In this document: positions 29,374 through 40,693 of the stretch, piece by piece
How the letters are laid out: every line of letters starts with the position of its first letter
Numbering within the stretch: the first letter of the stretch is position 1
Virus record (IMG/VR): IMGVR_UViG_3300032007_000015
Direction: 5' to 3' (one strand)
Source: a virus
Lineage: Duplodnaviria > Caudoviricetes
DNA length: 64,000 bases
Notes under the pieces: model-generated
The model's input: only the letters and a program-made list of their open reading frames with translations
Told to the model about the DNA's origin: nothing
Database searches by the model: none
Program-made: the position numbers and the translations under genes

Positions 29374-31056
29374 TTATCCATTTATAAAATCAAATGGTGT
29401 ATTAGTAATTGAATATACTTTATCTTTATTTTTACGTTCTGTTGCATTTTTAATTCCTCGTTTGCTGGTTTCTTCAGCACCAACAAATTGAGTTGCTAAA
29501 CTAATTAATGATAATGGTTTTTCTTCATCAACATCATCAATTAAATGTATTTCATTTTCTGGGTCATAAGGGTGATTAAAATATTCAAGTTTCCTATATT
29601 TTTCATTTTCTTCAACACTCTTATATCTTCTTTTTAATAATTTAAATGTCATATATAACTCATTTGTATCCTGTTTACGTTCTTGGTTTAATACACAAAC
29701 CCAATCTGAATTTTCTTGTATTTCCCAAGCACCAGCAACAGCATCACGACCTATTAATCTTGCCAAATCTTCTTTTTTAGACTGCATAGCCGAATCAACC
29801 ACCGATGCAGCTGTACGGTTTAACTGTTGAGCTGTTATTACAGGTATATCAGCAGATTTTGCTAAATTCTTAAGTTCATTTGTAATATTTTTCAGCTCTT
29901 CCTTTTCACTTGCACCTTTTTCTGCAGGTCTAATTCTTTTTACATAATCTAAAATTAACGCAACAACTTCCTTACCTTCATCTGCTAAATCTTGAATTAT
30001 TGTATATAAATCATTGGTATCTATTTCTCTATTACCATATTCTTGAATAACTAAATCAATACTGTTTTTACTATTTAAAGAGAATTGCCCTTCTCGTTTA
30101 AGCATATCAATAACTTGTCTTGGCGTATAATTTCGTATATCATCATTTGTACAAGTCATATTAAATAATCGCTCGATAGTTTCTTCAATACTGTTTTCAA
30201 GTGTAATGAATAATATACAAGCACGTTTATCAGGGTCTTTAGTTTCTATACGGTTATACTTTCTAATATCTAATGCCGATTTTAATAATATTTGTGATTT
30301 ACCTCCACCTGGAAACGCAAGATACATATACAAACGTTTTGATAAATATCCTGGTGAAAGTATTGCATTTAACAATCGTATACCAGTAGAATATATCCTA
30401 TTTCTATCTTTTAATCGTGTTACAGCATCTGTCACAGTCGGAACAAATACATCATCATCAAGAGAAAATCTTCTATCATTATCTAATGATTTCGTTTTTC
30501 TATGTATATTTACGTATGCAGTAGATATATGATATAAATCTTCATCGATTGATTTAAATGATTTTATATCTTCTGGATCTAATGAATTTAAATAATTTCC
30601 TATCATTGTTTTATATGCAATAGCATATCCATAACGTAATCTATCATCTATCATTTTTATAAGTATTTTACTTTCTTCATAACTTATTTTAGTATTTGAT
30701 AATATTCCTTTTAATATAGAAGCTTTGTAATCATCACATTCCGTATCATCCAATATATAATTAACATACATTTCTTCTGATGTTATTTTTTCAGATATCC
30801 TTGCTTCTATAGTTTTAAATATAATCCAATATCTATTATCTAATTCTGGATCATTTTTATACATTGATTCATCTATATTTTTAAGTAATTTATTTATGTT
30901 AAGTATAGTTTTTCTTGTGCGTAATGCACTAGGTTTAAATAAAAATGCTATAATCATATCTAGCATTTCAATTGAAATTTTTATTTTTAAACTTGTCATT
31001 TTTAGATTATTTAATTCAATAATCTGTTCTTTATTTAAACTCATAAAATTTACCAT
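29374..31056 (-). CDS. dnaB: DnaB-like replicative helicase
   Basis: AFPGGGKS, ITLEN, LDYV, PVITAQQLNR. Confidence 0.92.
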   Translation of the reverse strand: MVNFMSLNKEQIIELNNLKMTSLKIKISIEMLDMIIAFLFKPSALRTRKTILNINKLLKNIDESMYKNDPELDNRYWIIFKTIEARISEKITSEEMYVNYILDDTECDDYKASILKGILSNTKISYEESKILIKMIDDRLRYGYAIAYKTMIGNYLNSLDPEDIKSFKSIDEDLYHISTAYVNIHRKTKSLDNDRRFSLDDDVFVPTVTDAVTRLKDRNRIYSTGIRLLNAILSPGYLSKRLYMYLAFPGGGKSQILLKSALDIRKYNRIETKDPDKRACILFITLENSIEETIERLFNMTCTNDDIRNYTPRQVIDMLKREGQFSLNSKNSIDLVIQEYGNREIDTNDLYTIIQDLADEGKEVVALILDYVKRIRPAEKGASEKEELKNITNELKNLAKSADIPVITAQQLNRTAASVVDSAMQSKKEDLARLIGRDAVAGAWEIQENSDWVCVLNQERKQDTNELYMTFKLLKRRYKSVEENEKYRKLEYFNHPYDPENEIHLIDDVDEEKPLSLISLATQFVGAEETSKRGIKNATERKNKDKVYSITNTPFDFING

Positions 31057-31151
31057 CCTTTTTATAGTTAAATCTATGTCAGTATGGTTATAATTTATAA
31101 TAAAAAAATAATGAATACCTTAATTTATAAGGTATTCATTATTAATAATAT

Positions 31152-33368
31152 TTAATCATTCATGATTTTATACGCTGCTTTCATTTCATCTTCAACAAGT
31201 TTATTTAATTCTGCAGTTTCAATCATTACATTTTGTTCAAGAAATTTCTTTCTTACTTTGTCTTCATATTCAATCATATAGAAATCTTTATTTGAACATA
31301 AATATATTTTTCCATTTAATTCATGCTCTTCTAAGAATCTACTATCAGTTTCGGTTAATATATCATCGCTATCTTCAAATACTAATTCTAAACCTAGAGA
31401 TTTAAATATAACAGTGAATATTTCTGCTACGACAGATTTATATTTTTTAGGTAATTTTATTTTACCATCAGCCGATAACTGTGAGAACAATAAATCTTTT
31501 CTACCTTTTATGCACGTTCTGTATAAAGCATGGAATAATGCTAATTCTTCTGGATACATACCAATCATGAAGTTCAATGATTCAAACTCACCGAATCTAA
31601 TTGGTGTATCTGACTCCCTTTCAAGATTATTACGATTCTTATAACTTCTTTCTGGTAATCCTTTTGTATTAATAGCACCAGTACTTCTTGCAGAGAATCC
31701 TCTAACGTCAGACTGTTTTAATCTAAATAAATACATTTGTCCCATATACATTCTCCTGAGCATTGGTTCTTCTCTTTCATCTTCCCATTTCTTTACATAC
31801 ATTTTATATGGTGTAAGCCAAGGATATTTATTACGTAAATTAACTAGCTTATAAAAGAATGGCATATCTTCTTTTATTGGACTTTGATGAATATATATTC
31901 CATCATTTATACAGTCACTTATAAATACATCTTTCTCTTTGCTATCTAATTCACTATAAATCTTTTTCATTTCCTTTGCTTCATCTTTATTAAAGCATTC
32001 TATTATTTCAAATAAAAGGTTTTCTTTTTCTTTTCTAGTTTTAAAACTAGCCATACGTTCTCTGGTTTTTGTTAATATAAAATTAGTATATAATTCCATA
32101 GGTGCAAAACCAGTTGTTCTATTTATTATAGCAAGAAGATTTAAAATAACGTCACAACGTTTGCCATCTTTTGTATGTGGCATTTTATCATCATCACGAA
32201 CTTCAGATATAACAGATTTATTTCCAAATCTTCCTGTAAATTTATTACCAACAGAAAGTGGGACTTTCTTTGCTATAGTAACCTTTATAATAAGATTTGA
32301 AAATGTACTATCTCCTTCTCTCCATTTACGATCAGTATCAATGAAATCTCTTGATCTCTTATATAAATAATCAACATTTTTTGTATAATCTGAGCCTGAT
32401 TTTTTAATTTCTTTTGTTACATCATGAATCTCTTTCCAAAATTTTGTTTGAGAATCAAGGTATTTGATATATTGCTCATTATAATCAGTATATTCTAAAT
32501 CAGGATTATTACAATAAATATCGTAATCTATAACAGTACCAGTTGATTCGTAATATATTACTTTATCACTATCTTTTATTACTGTTAAATTTTTATCTTT
32601 AAAATCAAATAATAATTGATCATTAAATTGTGGTCTCAATACAGCTGCAACACCACTTATTTTATCTCCTATTTCTGGTATAGCTTTATAATGATTTTTA
32701 TCTCCAAATTTATTTATCGGAATATCGTTATTGTTAACACTATATGTTATAGTCTCTACTTCTAACGAAGACATATCCTGAGCAAATGATTTAGATACAA
32801 TTGCAGCATCCTCAGATGACTTAGGATCTAATAAATAAAGCACATTTGCATTTCTTCCATATCTATAATTTTCATATTCGTCCATTGAAGTTGAATGGTA
32901 TAACATATCACCCTGATGAATTGTATCATCTTCAATTAATTCATCTATTTTATTATTAACATATGGAAATCCAAAATTTTCAGTTAATTTTTCTACAGGC
33001 TTACGAGATATAACATCATATTTATCATTTTTTTCATCATAAATAAATAAATAATAATATTGTGGATTTTCACATATATCTTCATATTTAACAACCTTCT
33101 TATGCACAACATAATTATGCTTAGCTTTATAATAGCAATTACTGTGTTTACCAACAGTATTTTCCATATTAGTAAATATGTATGGAAATGTAGGCTCAAA
33201 TAAGTTTACAAACTGATTTATATGTGAATTAAACATAATCGTTCGAGCACTATTATTATTATTATACATTGTAAGAGCAGATTTACCTGCTATTGCTGTA
33301 GAATTACTATATTCTTCATCAGCTTTTTTGAGTCTTTGTATGAGATTATATTTTTGTATCTCTGGCAT
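31152..33368 (-). CDS. Non-virion RNA polymerase beta subunit, C-terminal part
   Basis: SEDA, GNKFTGRFGNKSVI, FSARSTG, IRFGEFE. Confidence 0.92.
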   Translation of the reverse strand: MPEIQKYNLIQRLKKADEEYSNSTAIAGKSALTMYNNNNSARTIMFNSHINQFVNLFEPTFPYIFTNMENTVGKHSNCYYKAKHNYVVHKKVVKYEDICENPQYYYLFIYDEKNDKYDVISRKPVEKLTENFGFPYVNNKIDELIEDDTIHQGDMLYHSTSMDEYENYRYGRNANVLYLLDPKSSEDAAIVSKSFAQDMSSLEVETITYSVNNNDIPINKFGDKNHYKAIPEIGDKISGVAAVLRPQFNDQLLFDFKDKNLTVIKDSDKVIYYESTGTVIDYDIYCNNPDLEYTDYNEQYIKYLDSQTKFWKEIHDVTKEIKKSGSDYTKNVDYLYKRSRDFIDTDRKWREGDSTFSNLIIKVTIAKKVPLSVGNKFTGRFGNKSVISEVRDDDKMPHTKDGKRCDVILNLLAIINRTTGFAPMELYTNFILTKTRERMASFKTRKEKENLLFEIIECFNKDEAKEMKKIYSELDSKEKDVFISDCINDGIYIHQSPIKEDMPFFYKLVNLRNKYPWLTPYKMYVKKWEDEREEPMLRRMYMGQMYLFRLKQSDVRGFSARSTGAINTKGLPERSYKNRNNLERESDTPIRFGEFESLNFMIGMYPEELALFHALYRTCIKGRKDLLFSQLSADGKIKLPKKYKSVVAEIFTVIFKSLGLELVFEDSDDILTETDSRFLEEHELNGKIYLCSNKDFYMIEYEDKVRKKFLEQNVMIETAELNKLVEDEMKAAYKIMND

Positions 33369-33568
33369 TTTTTCTTCCTCCCTAAAAGTAGTAATTAAAA
33401 TAAAATATATATTATATAAAATTCACATCCTTTCTTTGTTATTCCAAATATATAATATATAATAATTTTTATCTACTAAAAATTATTAAATTGTGATAAT
33501 GAAAATTAAAAAGAAAAAAATAAAAGGATAGAGAATAATAAAATAAATTATTATTCTCTATCATAGTT

Positions 33569-34459
33569 TTATATAGCTACATTTTTCTTTCTCAGTTCAA
33601 TTTCATTTTTTACATTTTTCCTTATATAATTGAGTCTTCTTTCATCACAATTATATTTTTTTGTTAATTCATTATTATTCATTTTAAATGAATCTTTTCT
33701 GAATTCAATTAAATCTCTAACACTCCATTCAGATAATTTATAAGGTTGAGGTTTAGTACTCAGTTCCATAATTGCAGAAGACTTTATACTTTCTTTAGGA
33801 ACTTTCGTTGTTATCTTCTTACTTGAATACACATCAACCTTTTTAGCAGACTTACGAGTTTTAGAATTATTCTCTTTTAATCTTATGTCAAGATTTAATT
33901 TTTTAGGAGGTCTTGGTGCTCTCTTTCTTATTTCAGGATGTTCATTAATAACCATATATGGATTTGTTTTAGTAGTTATATTAACTTTCATATGATTTCC
34001 TTCTAATTCATTTAAATGTAACATAGATGGTTTAAATACCTGATTAGGATTTGATTTTAATACAAATCTGGAATTTTCAAAATATGATATATATTTTTCA
34101 TATTCCATTTTAACTTTTTCATCGTCAACTTTATCAAATCGACTAATAAACATATCAATTGCTAAGTTATAAACCTCCTCACTTACATCTCCCAAATATG
34201 TTCTAAGAGCAATATTTTCTGGTCTTAATTCAATAAGTCCGGTTGTTCTTATGAATGAAACACTTTCATTCAACACTACTGGTAATAATTTAGCTATATT
34301 ACATCTTGAAGTAATTGTCATTGCTAAAATATTTTCACCATAATGTTCAGCCTCACTTATGATGAGGCAAGGTCTACTTTTCATTTCATTATTAAATGAA
34401 ATATAATAGACTCCCCGTTTATTAACTTTATTAACGGAGATTGTGTTAATCTTTGACAT
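33569..34459 (-). CDS. Protein with N-terminal PemK/MazF-like domain and basic C-terminal region
   Basis: RGVYYI..EMKSRPCLIIS..AMTITS matches the PemK/MazF pattern; start MSKIN after AAAGGAG. Confidence 0.6.
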   Translation of the reverse strand: MSKINTISVNKVNKRGVYYISFNNEMKSRPCLIISEAEHYGENILAMTITSRCNIAKLLPVVLNESVSFIRTTGLIELRPENIALRTYLGDVSEEVYNLAIDMFISRFDKVDDEKVKMEYEKYISYFENSRFVLKSNPNQVFKPSMLHLNELEGNHMKVNITTKTNPYMVINEHPEIRKRAPRPPKKLNLDIRLKENNSKTRKSAKKVDVYSSKKITTKVPKESIKSSAIMELSTKPQPYKLSEWSVRDLIEFRKDSFKMNNNELTKKYNCDERRLNYIRKNVKNEIELRKKNVAI

Positions 34460-34568
34460 ATAGTCAACTCCTTTCTTTATTTTTTTGGTTTGAATAAGTG
34501 TTAAGGTAAATTTATTTACTTTAACACTTATTTTTATCATTTAAATAATATATAACTAATAGTATAAA

Positions 34569-35804
34569 TTAGTAATTCATTTCATCTTCAATATATTCCA
34601 TCTCATCAGCATTTACTGATGATAATTTTGATTCTAATATAGGAATAATATTATCATACATTATATTATACATTTCTCTATGTTCTTTAAAATATTCATG
34701 AACATGTGCCATTTCAAACTTATTATCTGGATTAGATATAAATCTAGTATTGTTTTTATTACCTGTTAATAATCCATTTTCTTTTGCAAATAAAAGAGAT
34801 GTTCTCAAACTATCAACACCTCTAACTTTATCATAAACTATTTCAAATGATTTTCCTGCTTGATTCGAACGACATTTAATTATCTCAATTCTAATACCAA
34901 AACCATCAAATCCATCATCTTCTAGCGTAAATTTATCACTGCTGACCGCTACATGTTTTGTTAATATATGAGCTAAATATTGTGGTGATTTTCCGCCCGG
35001 CAAAGCCTCGTCCTGCTTTAAATAGAGTAGTTCAGCTGGTGATTTAACAATTCCCATTCCAGGATTTACTTTGATGTGATTTACAGAAAACACAATAATA
35101 TTAGCTGCTCGTATATATGGAAGCAATTCAGTATAAAATCTTCCTATTTCCGCTGTAAGTCTCATTCTTTCTGTCTGTGATGAAACTTCTTCTAATTTTT
35201 GTACATCTTTTTTATCATTTTCATTAACGGCACTAGATAAAGATGGAATTGAGTCGATTATAACAACAGTTGGTACATATGTTATAATATTCTCACCAAA
35301 TTCATTTTTTTTACCAGTATCATATTGATATTTATCAGGATTATTAGTTTTTTCTAAATATAATTTAATTATTGAACTTTTAATATCTGTAATAGATGTA
35401 TTTTCTTGTCTAATAAGATATTTGTCTCTCATCTCTGTCATTTTAAACTTAGCCATAACCTGTGCTCTTGCATATGTCATAGCTTGCTCTAAATCATAAT
35501 GAATAATAGAACCATTCTCAAATGGTCTTATGATGTTAGCTGCAATACCAACGATTGCTGACGTTTTTGCAGTACTAGACTTACCTATTACAGTTACATA
35601 TGAACCACCAGTAATTCCAAGAGATGGGTACCTATCAATAATATTATTATTTTCATCATATACATTAACCATATATCCTAAATAATAATCAAGTATAGGA
35701 ATACCTGTTTTATATGAAATAGTTGTTGCATTTCGTTCAAATAAATTTTTTCCTTTCGAAACTTCTCCTATTTCTCTTAATGCATCTAATAAAAATTTTC
35801 CCAT
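34569..35804 (-). CDS. recA: RecA/UvsX-like recombinase
   Basis: TGIPILDYYLG, GKSSTAKT, DLEQA, VIIDSI, PGGK. Confidence 0.88.
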   Translation of the reverse strand: MGKFLLDALREIGEVSKGKNLFERNATTISYKTGIPILDYYLGYMVNVYDENNNIIDRYPSLGITGGSYVTVIGKSSTAKTSAIVGIAANIIRPFENGSIIHYDLEQAMTYARAQVMAKFKMTEMRDKYLIRQENTSITDIKSSIIKLYLEKTNNPDKYQYDTGKKNEFGENIITYVPTVVIIDSIPSLSSAVNENDKKDVQKLEEVSSQTERMRLTAEIGRFYTELLPYIRAANIIVFSVNHIKVNPGMGIVKSPAELLYLKQDEALPGGKSPQYLAHILTKHVAVSSDKFTLEDDGFDGFGIRIEIIKCRSNQAGKSFEIVYDKVRGVDSLRTSLLFAKENGLLTGNKNNTRFISNPDNKFEMAHVHEYFKEHREMYNIMYDNIIPILESKLSSVNADEMEYIEDEMNY

Positions 35805-35921
35805 TTTTATCTTCCTTTCATTTAGTATTTTAATCATATGTGAAAACAAAAATTAAAAAAAAGACTGATTAAAATATATGAATAATTATATTTTAATCAG
35901 TCTTAAAAGGAATACAAGAAT

Positions 35922-36071
35922 CTAATTTAATAGATTCTTGTATTCTTTTTCCATTTGATGCAAGAGCTTACGAGCTCTTATGTAAGCTCTTACACATGCT
36001 TGTAACACTATCAGTGTATATAACACCGATAATGTTACAAACATCCTCATTATGAAAAATATTATCATCAT
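35922..36071 (-). CDS. 49-aa membrane peptide (not in the ORF track) behind leader B4
   Basis: MMIIFFIMRMFVTLSVLYTLIVLQACVRAYIRARKLLHQMEKEYKNLLN; AAAGGAGG SD. Confidence 0.75.
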   Translation of the reverse strand: MMIIFFIMRMFVTLSVLYTLIVLQACVRAYIRARKLLHQMEKEYKNLLN

Positions 36072-36104
36072 AATTATTTCCTCCTTTCTTTTTTATTTTT
36101 CTTA

Positions 36105-36133
36105 TGCTCGGTTTTATATCAATGAGCTGGATA
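36105..36133 (-). promoter_or_regulatory. Pseudoknot leader type B, copy B4
   Basis: TATC-CA-GCTCA-TT-GATA-TAAAACC-GAGC; stem 1 covaries relative to the other copies. Confidence 0.8.
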
Positions 36134-36225
36134 AAATGAAAGTATATTAATTATATCTTTCATTCACATAAATATTATATTATTATATTTTTTAAATTTA
36201 CATAAAAAAAGAAAGAGGTAAATAT

Positions 36226-36423
36226 TTACCTCTTTCTTTTATCTCTAATTATATTTGTTATACTTGTGATTATAAATCGAAGTACATCTAATATTCCAAA
36301 TGCTAAATAGATTAGTGCACCTATTATAAATACACAAATTAATTGTATATGAAGTAATAGTATTTTCGCAAATAGTTTTAATAATTGTAATGTATTTTTA
36401 AAGAACTTTATCAAATATAGCAC
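36226..36423 (-). CDS. Small membrane protein
   Basis: Hydrophobic 65-aa ORF in operon. Confidence 0.55.
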   Translation of the reverse strand: MLYLIKFFKNTLQLLKLFAKILLLHIQLICVFIIGALIYLAFGILDVLRFIITSITNIIRDKRKR

Positions 36424-36429
36424 AACCTT

Positions 36430-37068
36430 TCAATTATTATTTTCAATTATTCGTTCAATAATTATTTTATTACTAATATTCAATTTAAATATTTCATCTG
36501 TATCAGATATTGCATATGAAAATATTTTTTTATTAGTATATTTCATTTTATATTTTTCAACTAATCGAATCATATCTGATAATGTTGGTCTATTAAATAC
36601 AAGTATTATATCATTATCTATATTTTTTAACGCGTCATACATATCATCGTTTGTACTACTATACTTTTCTAAACATATATTGATTTTAGAAGCTAATATG
36701 TCAGCTTTTACAATATTTTCAATAATATTAATTTTTTCATTAGTTAAAGTATTATCATTGGTGAAAATAATTGCAGTACAATCATCACAAGATATTAAAG
36801 GAATATTCTTTATTTGTGAAACTAAATTTATATTAAGCATTGTATATTCTTTTGTTAAAATATTAAAATATATATAAAAGCCTATATGTGCATTATATAC
36901 TTGACCTTTCAATTTTTTTATTGGTGTTAATGTATTTTGATCATATGTAGGAAACATTTTTCCTAAAATATCATTAATCTTATTTTCATCACATTCTTCT
37001 AGATTTATTAAACCAATTCTTGTTCGATTATATGGTATAGTAATAGAAAATGCATATAATTCACTCAT
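36430..37068 (-). CDS. Hypothetical protein
   Basis: ORF with AGGAGG SD. Confidence 0.7.
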   Translation of the reverse strand: MSELYAFSITIPYNRTRIGLINLEECDENKINDILGKMFPTYDQNTLTPIKKLKGQVYNAHIGFYIYFNILTKEYTMLNINLVSQIKNIPLISCDDCTAIIFTNDNTLTNEKINIIENIVKADILASKINICLEKYSSTNDDMYDALKNIDNDIILVFNRPTLSDMIRLVEKYKMKYTNKKIFSYAISDTDEIFKLNISNKIIIERIIENNN

Positions 37069-37120
37069 TTTATTTCCTCCTAAAATAGGTGAGATATAAT
37101 ATTATATCTCACCTATTATT

Positions 37121-39196
37121 TTAATCAAGTTCAATATTATCATCCTGATATTTTTTCAATATAGAAGTATTCAATTCTTCTCTATAAAATGCATCCATAT
37201 ATGATGTTCCTGTTCGTTCTTTAAGATTTGGTGACAATAATTGTCTCTTGATGTTTTCAAATCCTAATCCAATAGTTATTGATGGATTGTTTTCAAGTAC
37301 TTTTGTAACAGTATATAATTTATATTTAGGCATTTTATATTTAGAGAAATTTGGTCTTCTCATAACATTATCTGGTTTCTTTACTAGTCTATTTAATATC
37401 AATTCACCTGCAATCATAGATGCACCAATATTAGCATTAATTAATATCTCTAAAAACTTATTAGCATACTGATCAATAGTCTGAAATTCTGGATCATTAT
37501 CACTATTTTTATCTAATAAATCCATTAGCTCATATAATGGTTTTGTTAATTCATTATTCATAATGATAACTTCAAATAACGGTGAATCTTCATCCAAATC
37601 TTTAAATTTAATAATTCCATTATTTGAATATAACATTTCCAAAGTTTCTGACATTATATAAATTTCTTTATTATTTATAATTTTTATTTCTTCTTCATCA
37701 CCAGTTTTAGTATTTCTTACTAAGAATTTTCCTGATGAAATATAAGTATTATATAATGAATCAGCATCCATATTTTCTACTTTTGATATATCATCCATAT
37801 TGACTACTATAACATAGTCATTTATATTTTCAACGCCATCTAATATTGGATTTATATCACCGTTTGAAAATGTAAAATATTTATAAAAGTTAGTATTAAA
37901 TTCAATATTTTCAGATTTAGTTGTAAGTAGATGCTTAGCAGACAAAATTGATTGGTTAACAACCTTATTTACTTCTTCTGATTCAAATCCTGCGAATCCA
38001 TCTGCAATATCCCAGTTAAGATTTATGATACCACCAATACAAGTCGGACAAACATGGTTTTCACCACAAGCACAAGTTATTGGTGAACGTGCATATATAT
38101 ACTTTCCAACTAAATCAGTATCTCTTTGATAATCAAGATATTTTAAATCTTCCTCTTCATCATCTGGGTCTAACACGTAATATTTACCATTTAATTTTTT
38201 AAGGTATCTAGAATCTTTTATAAAATATTTAACATAATGAATTGAACCGCAATTTGATACTTTTTTAGTAACTTTTAATGTCTGAGCCATCTCAAGTACA
38301 GTCTTACCAAAATAACCAGCATTACCCATCATTTTCTTATTCATAATTAATGACTTTGTTCCACCACAAGCATCAATATAATAATCTGACGGATTTCTAA
38401 GACCACCAATCAATGTTGAAGTATTAATTGGTTTAGGAATTACTTCACCCATAATTGTAGGTTTTAATCCTATAGCAATCATAAATTCTGATAACTGTTT
38501 ATGTTTAATACCAGTTCCACTTCTTAAAATAATTCCTATTGGATTATCTTTTTCAGATTTAAGTGTAGATATAAGTTTTGATTGTAATTTAGCTTGTTTT
38601 TCTTCTATTTCTACTGGCTGAGTACAATCATTAAAATCTGATTCCATTATATCACGATACTTCTTATCATTATACATATCAATAAATGTTGTAGCATCAA
38701 ATGATAATGCTAGTATATCTGAAAAATCAATACTTATTGAACGTAATTCATTCATTACAACTGATATTGAATAATTGATAATTATTGATTTTATTTCATA
38801 TTCCTTAAGTACCTTTATAAGTTTTTCATTAATATAATCAGATATATTTGGAATATCTTCAGGGTCTAATAAGTAACTTTTATCCATAACGTGAGCATCT
38901 GGTATTTCACAAAGTGGAAACCATAAATCCAAATATATCAAAAAATGACGTAATTGAACTTTATATTCATCTTTATCTTTATGATAAAATTTTATCGTTA
39001 CAGGGTACTCCCTGCATTTCTTAAGTCGAAAACATCCTTTAACTATATTTTTAATTTCAGTATGAAGTTCTTTATATCGTTTACTAATTGATATAAAATC
39101 TTCCATTACATATATATCTCTTAATAATGGTTTTAAGTCATCTATATTATTAATAATAGGTACGTCACATTTAACTTTATCTTTTAATTCTATCAT
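37121..39196 (-). CDS. Non-virion RNA polymerase beta-prime subunit, C-terminal part (start MIELK)
   Basis: Bridge-helix-like AGYFGK, Zn site RSPITC..VCPTCIG, trigger-loop-like QSILSAKH. Confidence 0.88.
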   Translation of the reverse strand: MIELKDKVKCDVPIINNIDDLKPLLRDIYVMEDFISISKRYKELHTEIKNIVKGCFRLKKCREYPVTIKFYHKDKDEYKVQLRHFLIYLDLWFPLCEIPDAHVMDKSYLLDPEDIPNISDYINEKLIKVLKEYEIKSIIINYSISVVMNELRSISIDFSDILALSFDATTFIDMYNDKKYRDIMESDFNDCTQPVEIEEKQAKLQSKLISTLKSEKDNPIGIILRSGTGIKHKQLSEFMIAIGLKPTIMGEVIPKPINTSTLIGGLRNPSDYYIDACGGTKSLIMNKKMMGNAGYFGKTVLEMAQTLKVTKKVSNCGSIHYVKYFIKDSRYLKKLNGKYYVLDPDDEEEDLKYLDYQRDTDLVGKYIYARSPITCACGENHVCPTCIGGIINLNWDIADGFAGFESEEVNKVVNQSILSAKHLLTTKSENIEFNTNFYKYFTFSNGDINPILDGVENINDYVIVVNMDDISKVENMDADSLYNTYISSGKFLVRNTKTGDEEEIKIINNKEIYIMSETLEMLYSNNGIIKFKDLDEDSPLFEVIIMNNELTKPLYELMDLLDKNSDNDPEFQTIDQYANKFLEILINANIGASMIAGELILNRLVKKPDNVMRRPNFSKYKMPKYKLYTVTKVLENNPSITIGLGFENIKRQLLSPNLKERTGTSYMDAFYREELNTSILKKYQDDNIELD

Positions 39197-39293
39197 GTTT
39201 TCCTCCCATATTTTTAAAGAATAATTTAAAAAAGTGTATTTGAGAATATTAATTCTCAAATACACTTTATAAAAATTACTTTTAATATTAGGA

Positions 39294-40169
39294 TTATTTG
39301 AATCCGTTATTCTGCCAATCTCTGAGTTCTCTTGATGCTGGAATAAAATCTGTATCTTTTTCAAAACTAAAAATTACTTTATTTAAGCATTTTCTAATAT
39401 CTTCTGATAATGCTAACTTCCAATCTTCAATATAATCATGAATATCTGTAATAAACTCATCTGTGCAAACAAGGATATCACATGAAGCGTTTCCAAGTGC
39501 TACTACAGATGTTACTAACTGATTAATATTCTCTTTCTGGACTTTATTAGCTTTTTCGTTGTTCTTCTTTCTCATTTTAGCTAACTCTTTAGATGTGTAA
39601 GGAAGAACCTGAAGTGTTAAATTGTATAATACAGCTGGAGTTGTTTCTTTAGCAACAATATTTCCACTAAAGAATACAATCTTAGGAATATTAATAATAA
39701 ATGATTCGTCAGCATCATTTTCTAACCAACCTGAAAGTCTATTTTTCATCTTTTCAGCTTTCTTGATAATGAGTCCAAGATTTGAACGTTCAAGCAATAC
39801 CGAAATAGTTGGATTAGAACCATATTCAAAAATATCTTCAGCTTCATCTTTTGCAACTGTAACACAAATTGTCTGAATCACATTGATATTTCTCATAGCC
39901 TCTTCATACATTGAGAATACATGTTTAGCAAAACGTGACTCAATTGAAAATGAAACTGCTTCTTTTTTCTCAGCTGCTTCAGAAGCAGAAACAGGAATAA
40001 TACTTGATGTCTCACATGAAGTTGTTCCATCAATTGAATTTTTAATCATATCAGAAAGTGTTGATTTTTCATTTGTTGTAGTATCAAAGACAACAATTTT
40101 ATCTTTACTCTCTTTTAAGATTTGTACTAATGTTCTTTTTTTGTCTTTCTTTTTGTTTTTCTTTGCCAT
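39294..40169 (-). CDS. Hypothetical protein
   Basis: 291-aa ORF, AGGAGG SD. Confidence 0.75.
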   Translation of the reverse strand: MAKKNKKKDKKRTLVQILKESKDKIVVFDTTTNEKSTLSDMIKNSIDGTTSCETSSIIPVSASEAAEKKEAVSFSIESRFAKHVFSMYEEAMRNINVIQTICVTVAKDEAEDIFEYGSNPTISVLLERSNLGLIIKKAEKMKNRLSGWLENDADESFIINIPKIVFFSGNIVAKETTPAVLYNLTLQVLPYTSKELAKMRKKNNEKANKVQKENINQLVTSVVALGNASCDILVCTDEFITDIHDYIEDWKLALSEDIRKCLNKVIFSFEKDTDFIPASRELRDWQNNGFK

Positions 40170-40222
40170 AACTGGACCTCCTGATTTTATTTTTTATTTT
40201 TAAGTTAAATATAAAATTAACT

Positions 40223-40693
40223 TTAAAACCTATCACTAAATATTTTAGTAAAGATTGCAAATGTATCAAAAGTATATAAATTTTCTTTTTTACCATTAAT
40301 ATCTGTAATCTTTGATATTTCTAATATTTCATCTAAAGCTTTTTGGTACTTTTTCTTGAAATAGATATTCTTATGTGTTTTTATCTCATTAGTTATTTTT
40401 GAAATACTTTCGCATCTTTCGTTTAATATATCATCTTCTTCGTAAGTTGTTGGTGTATTAATATATTCACCTTTATGATATAAAGGATTTAAAAATATCA
40501 TCTTAGTATAATATTTGGATTGAAAATATTTGAATTTTTCTTTAGTAATTTCCATATAACCAACTGAATCATAAAAATTAAGATTCCTTGTTAAATCAAA
40601 CTTTATCTTATAATCTTTATTTATTGTAAAAGCTGATATTTCATTTCCTTTTTTCCATAAATATACTTTTACTTTTTTCATTATAGATTCCAT
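40223..40693 (-). CDS. Hypothetical protein (apparent paralog of 59574-60125)
   Basis: ORF in operon. Confidence 0.7.
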   Translation of the reverse strand: MESIMKKVKVYLWKKGNEISAFTINKDYKIKFDLTRNLNFYDSVGYMEITKEKFKYFQSKYYTKMIFLNPLYHKGEYINTPTTYEEDDILNERCESISKITNEIKTHKNIYFKKKYQKALDEILEISKITDINGKKENLYTFDTFAIFTKIFSDRF

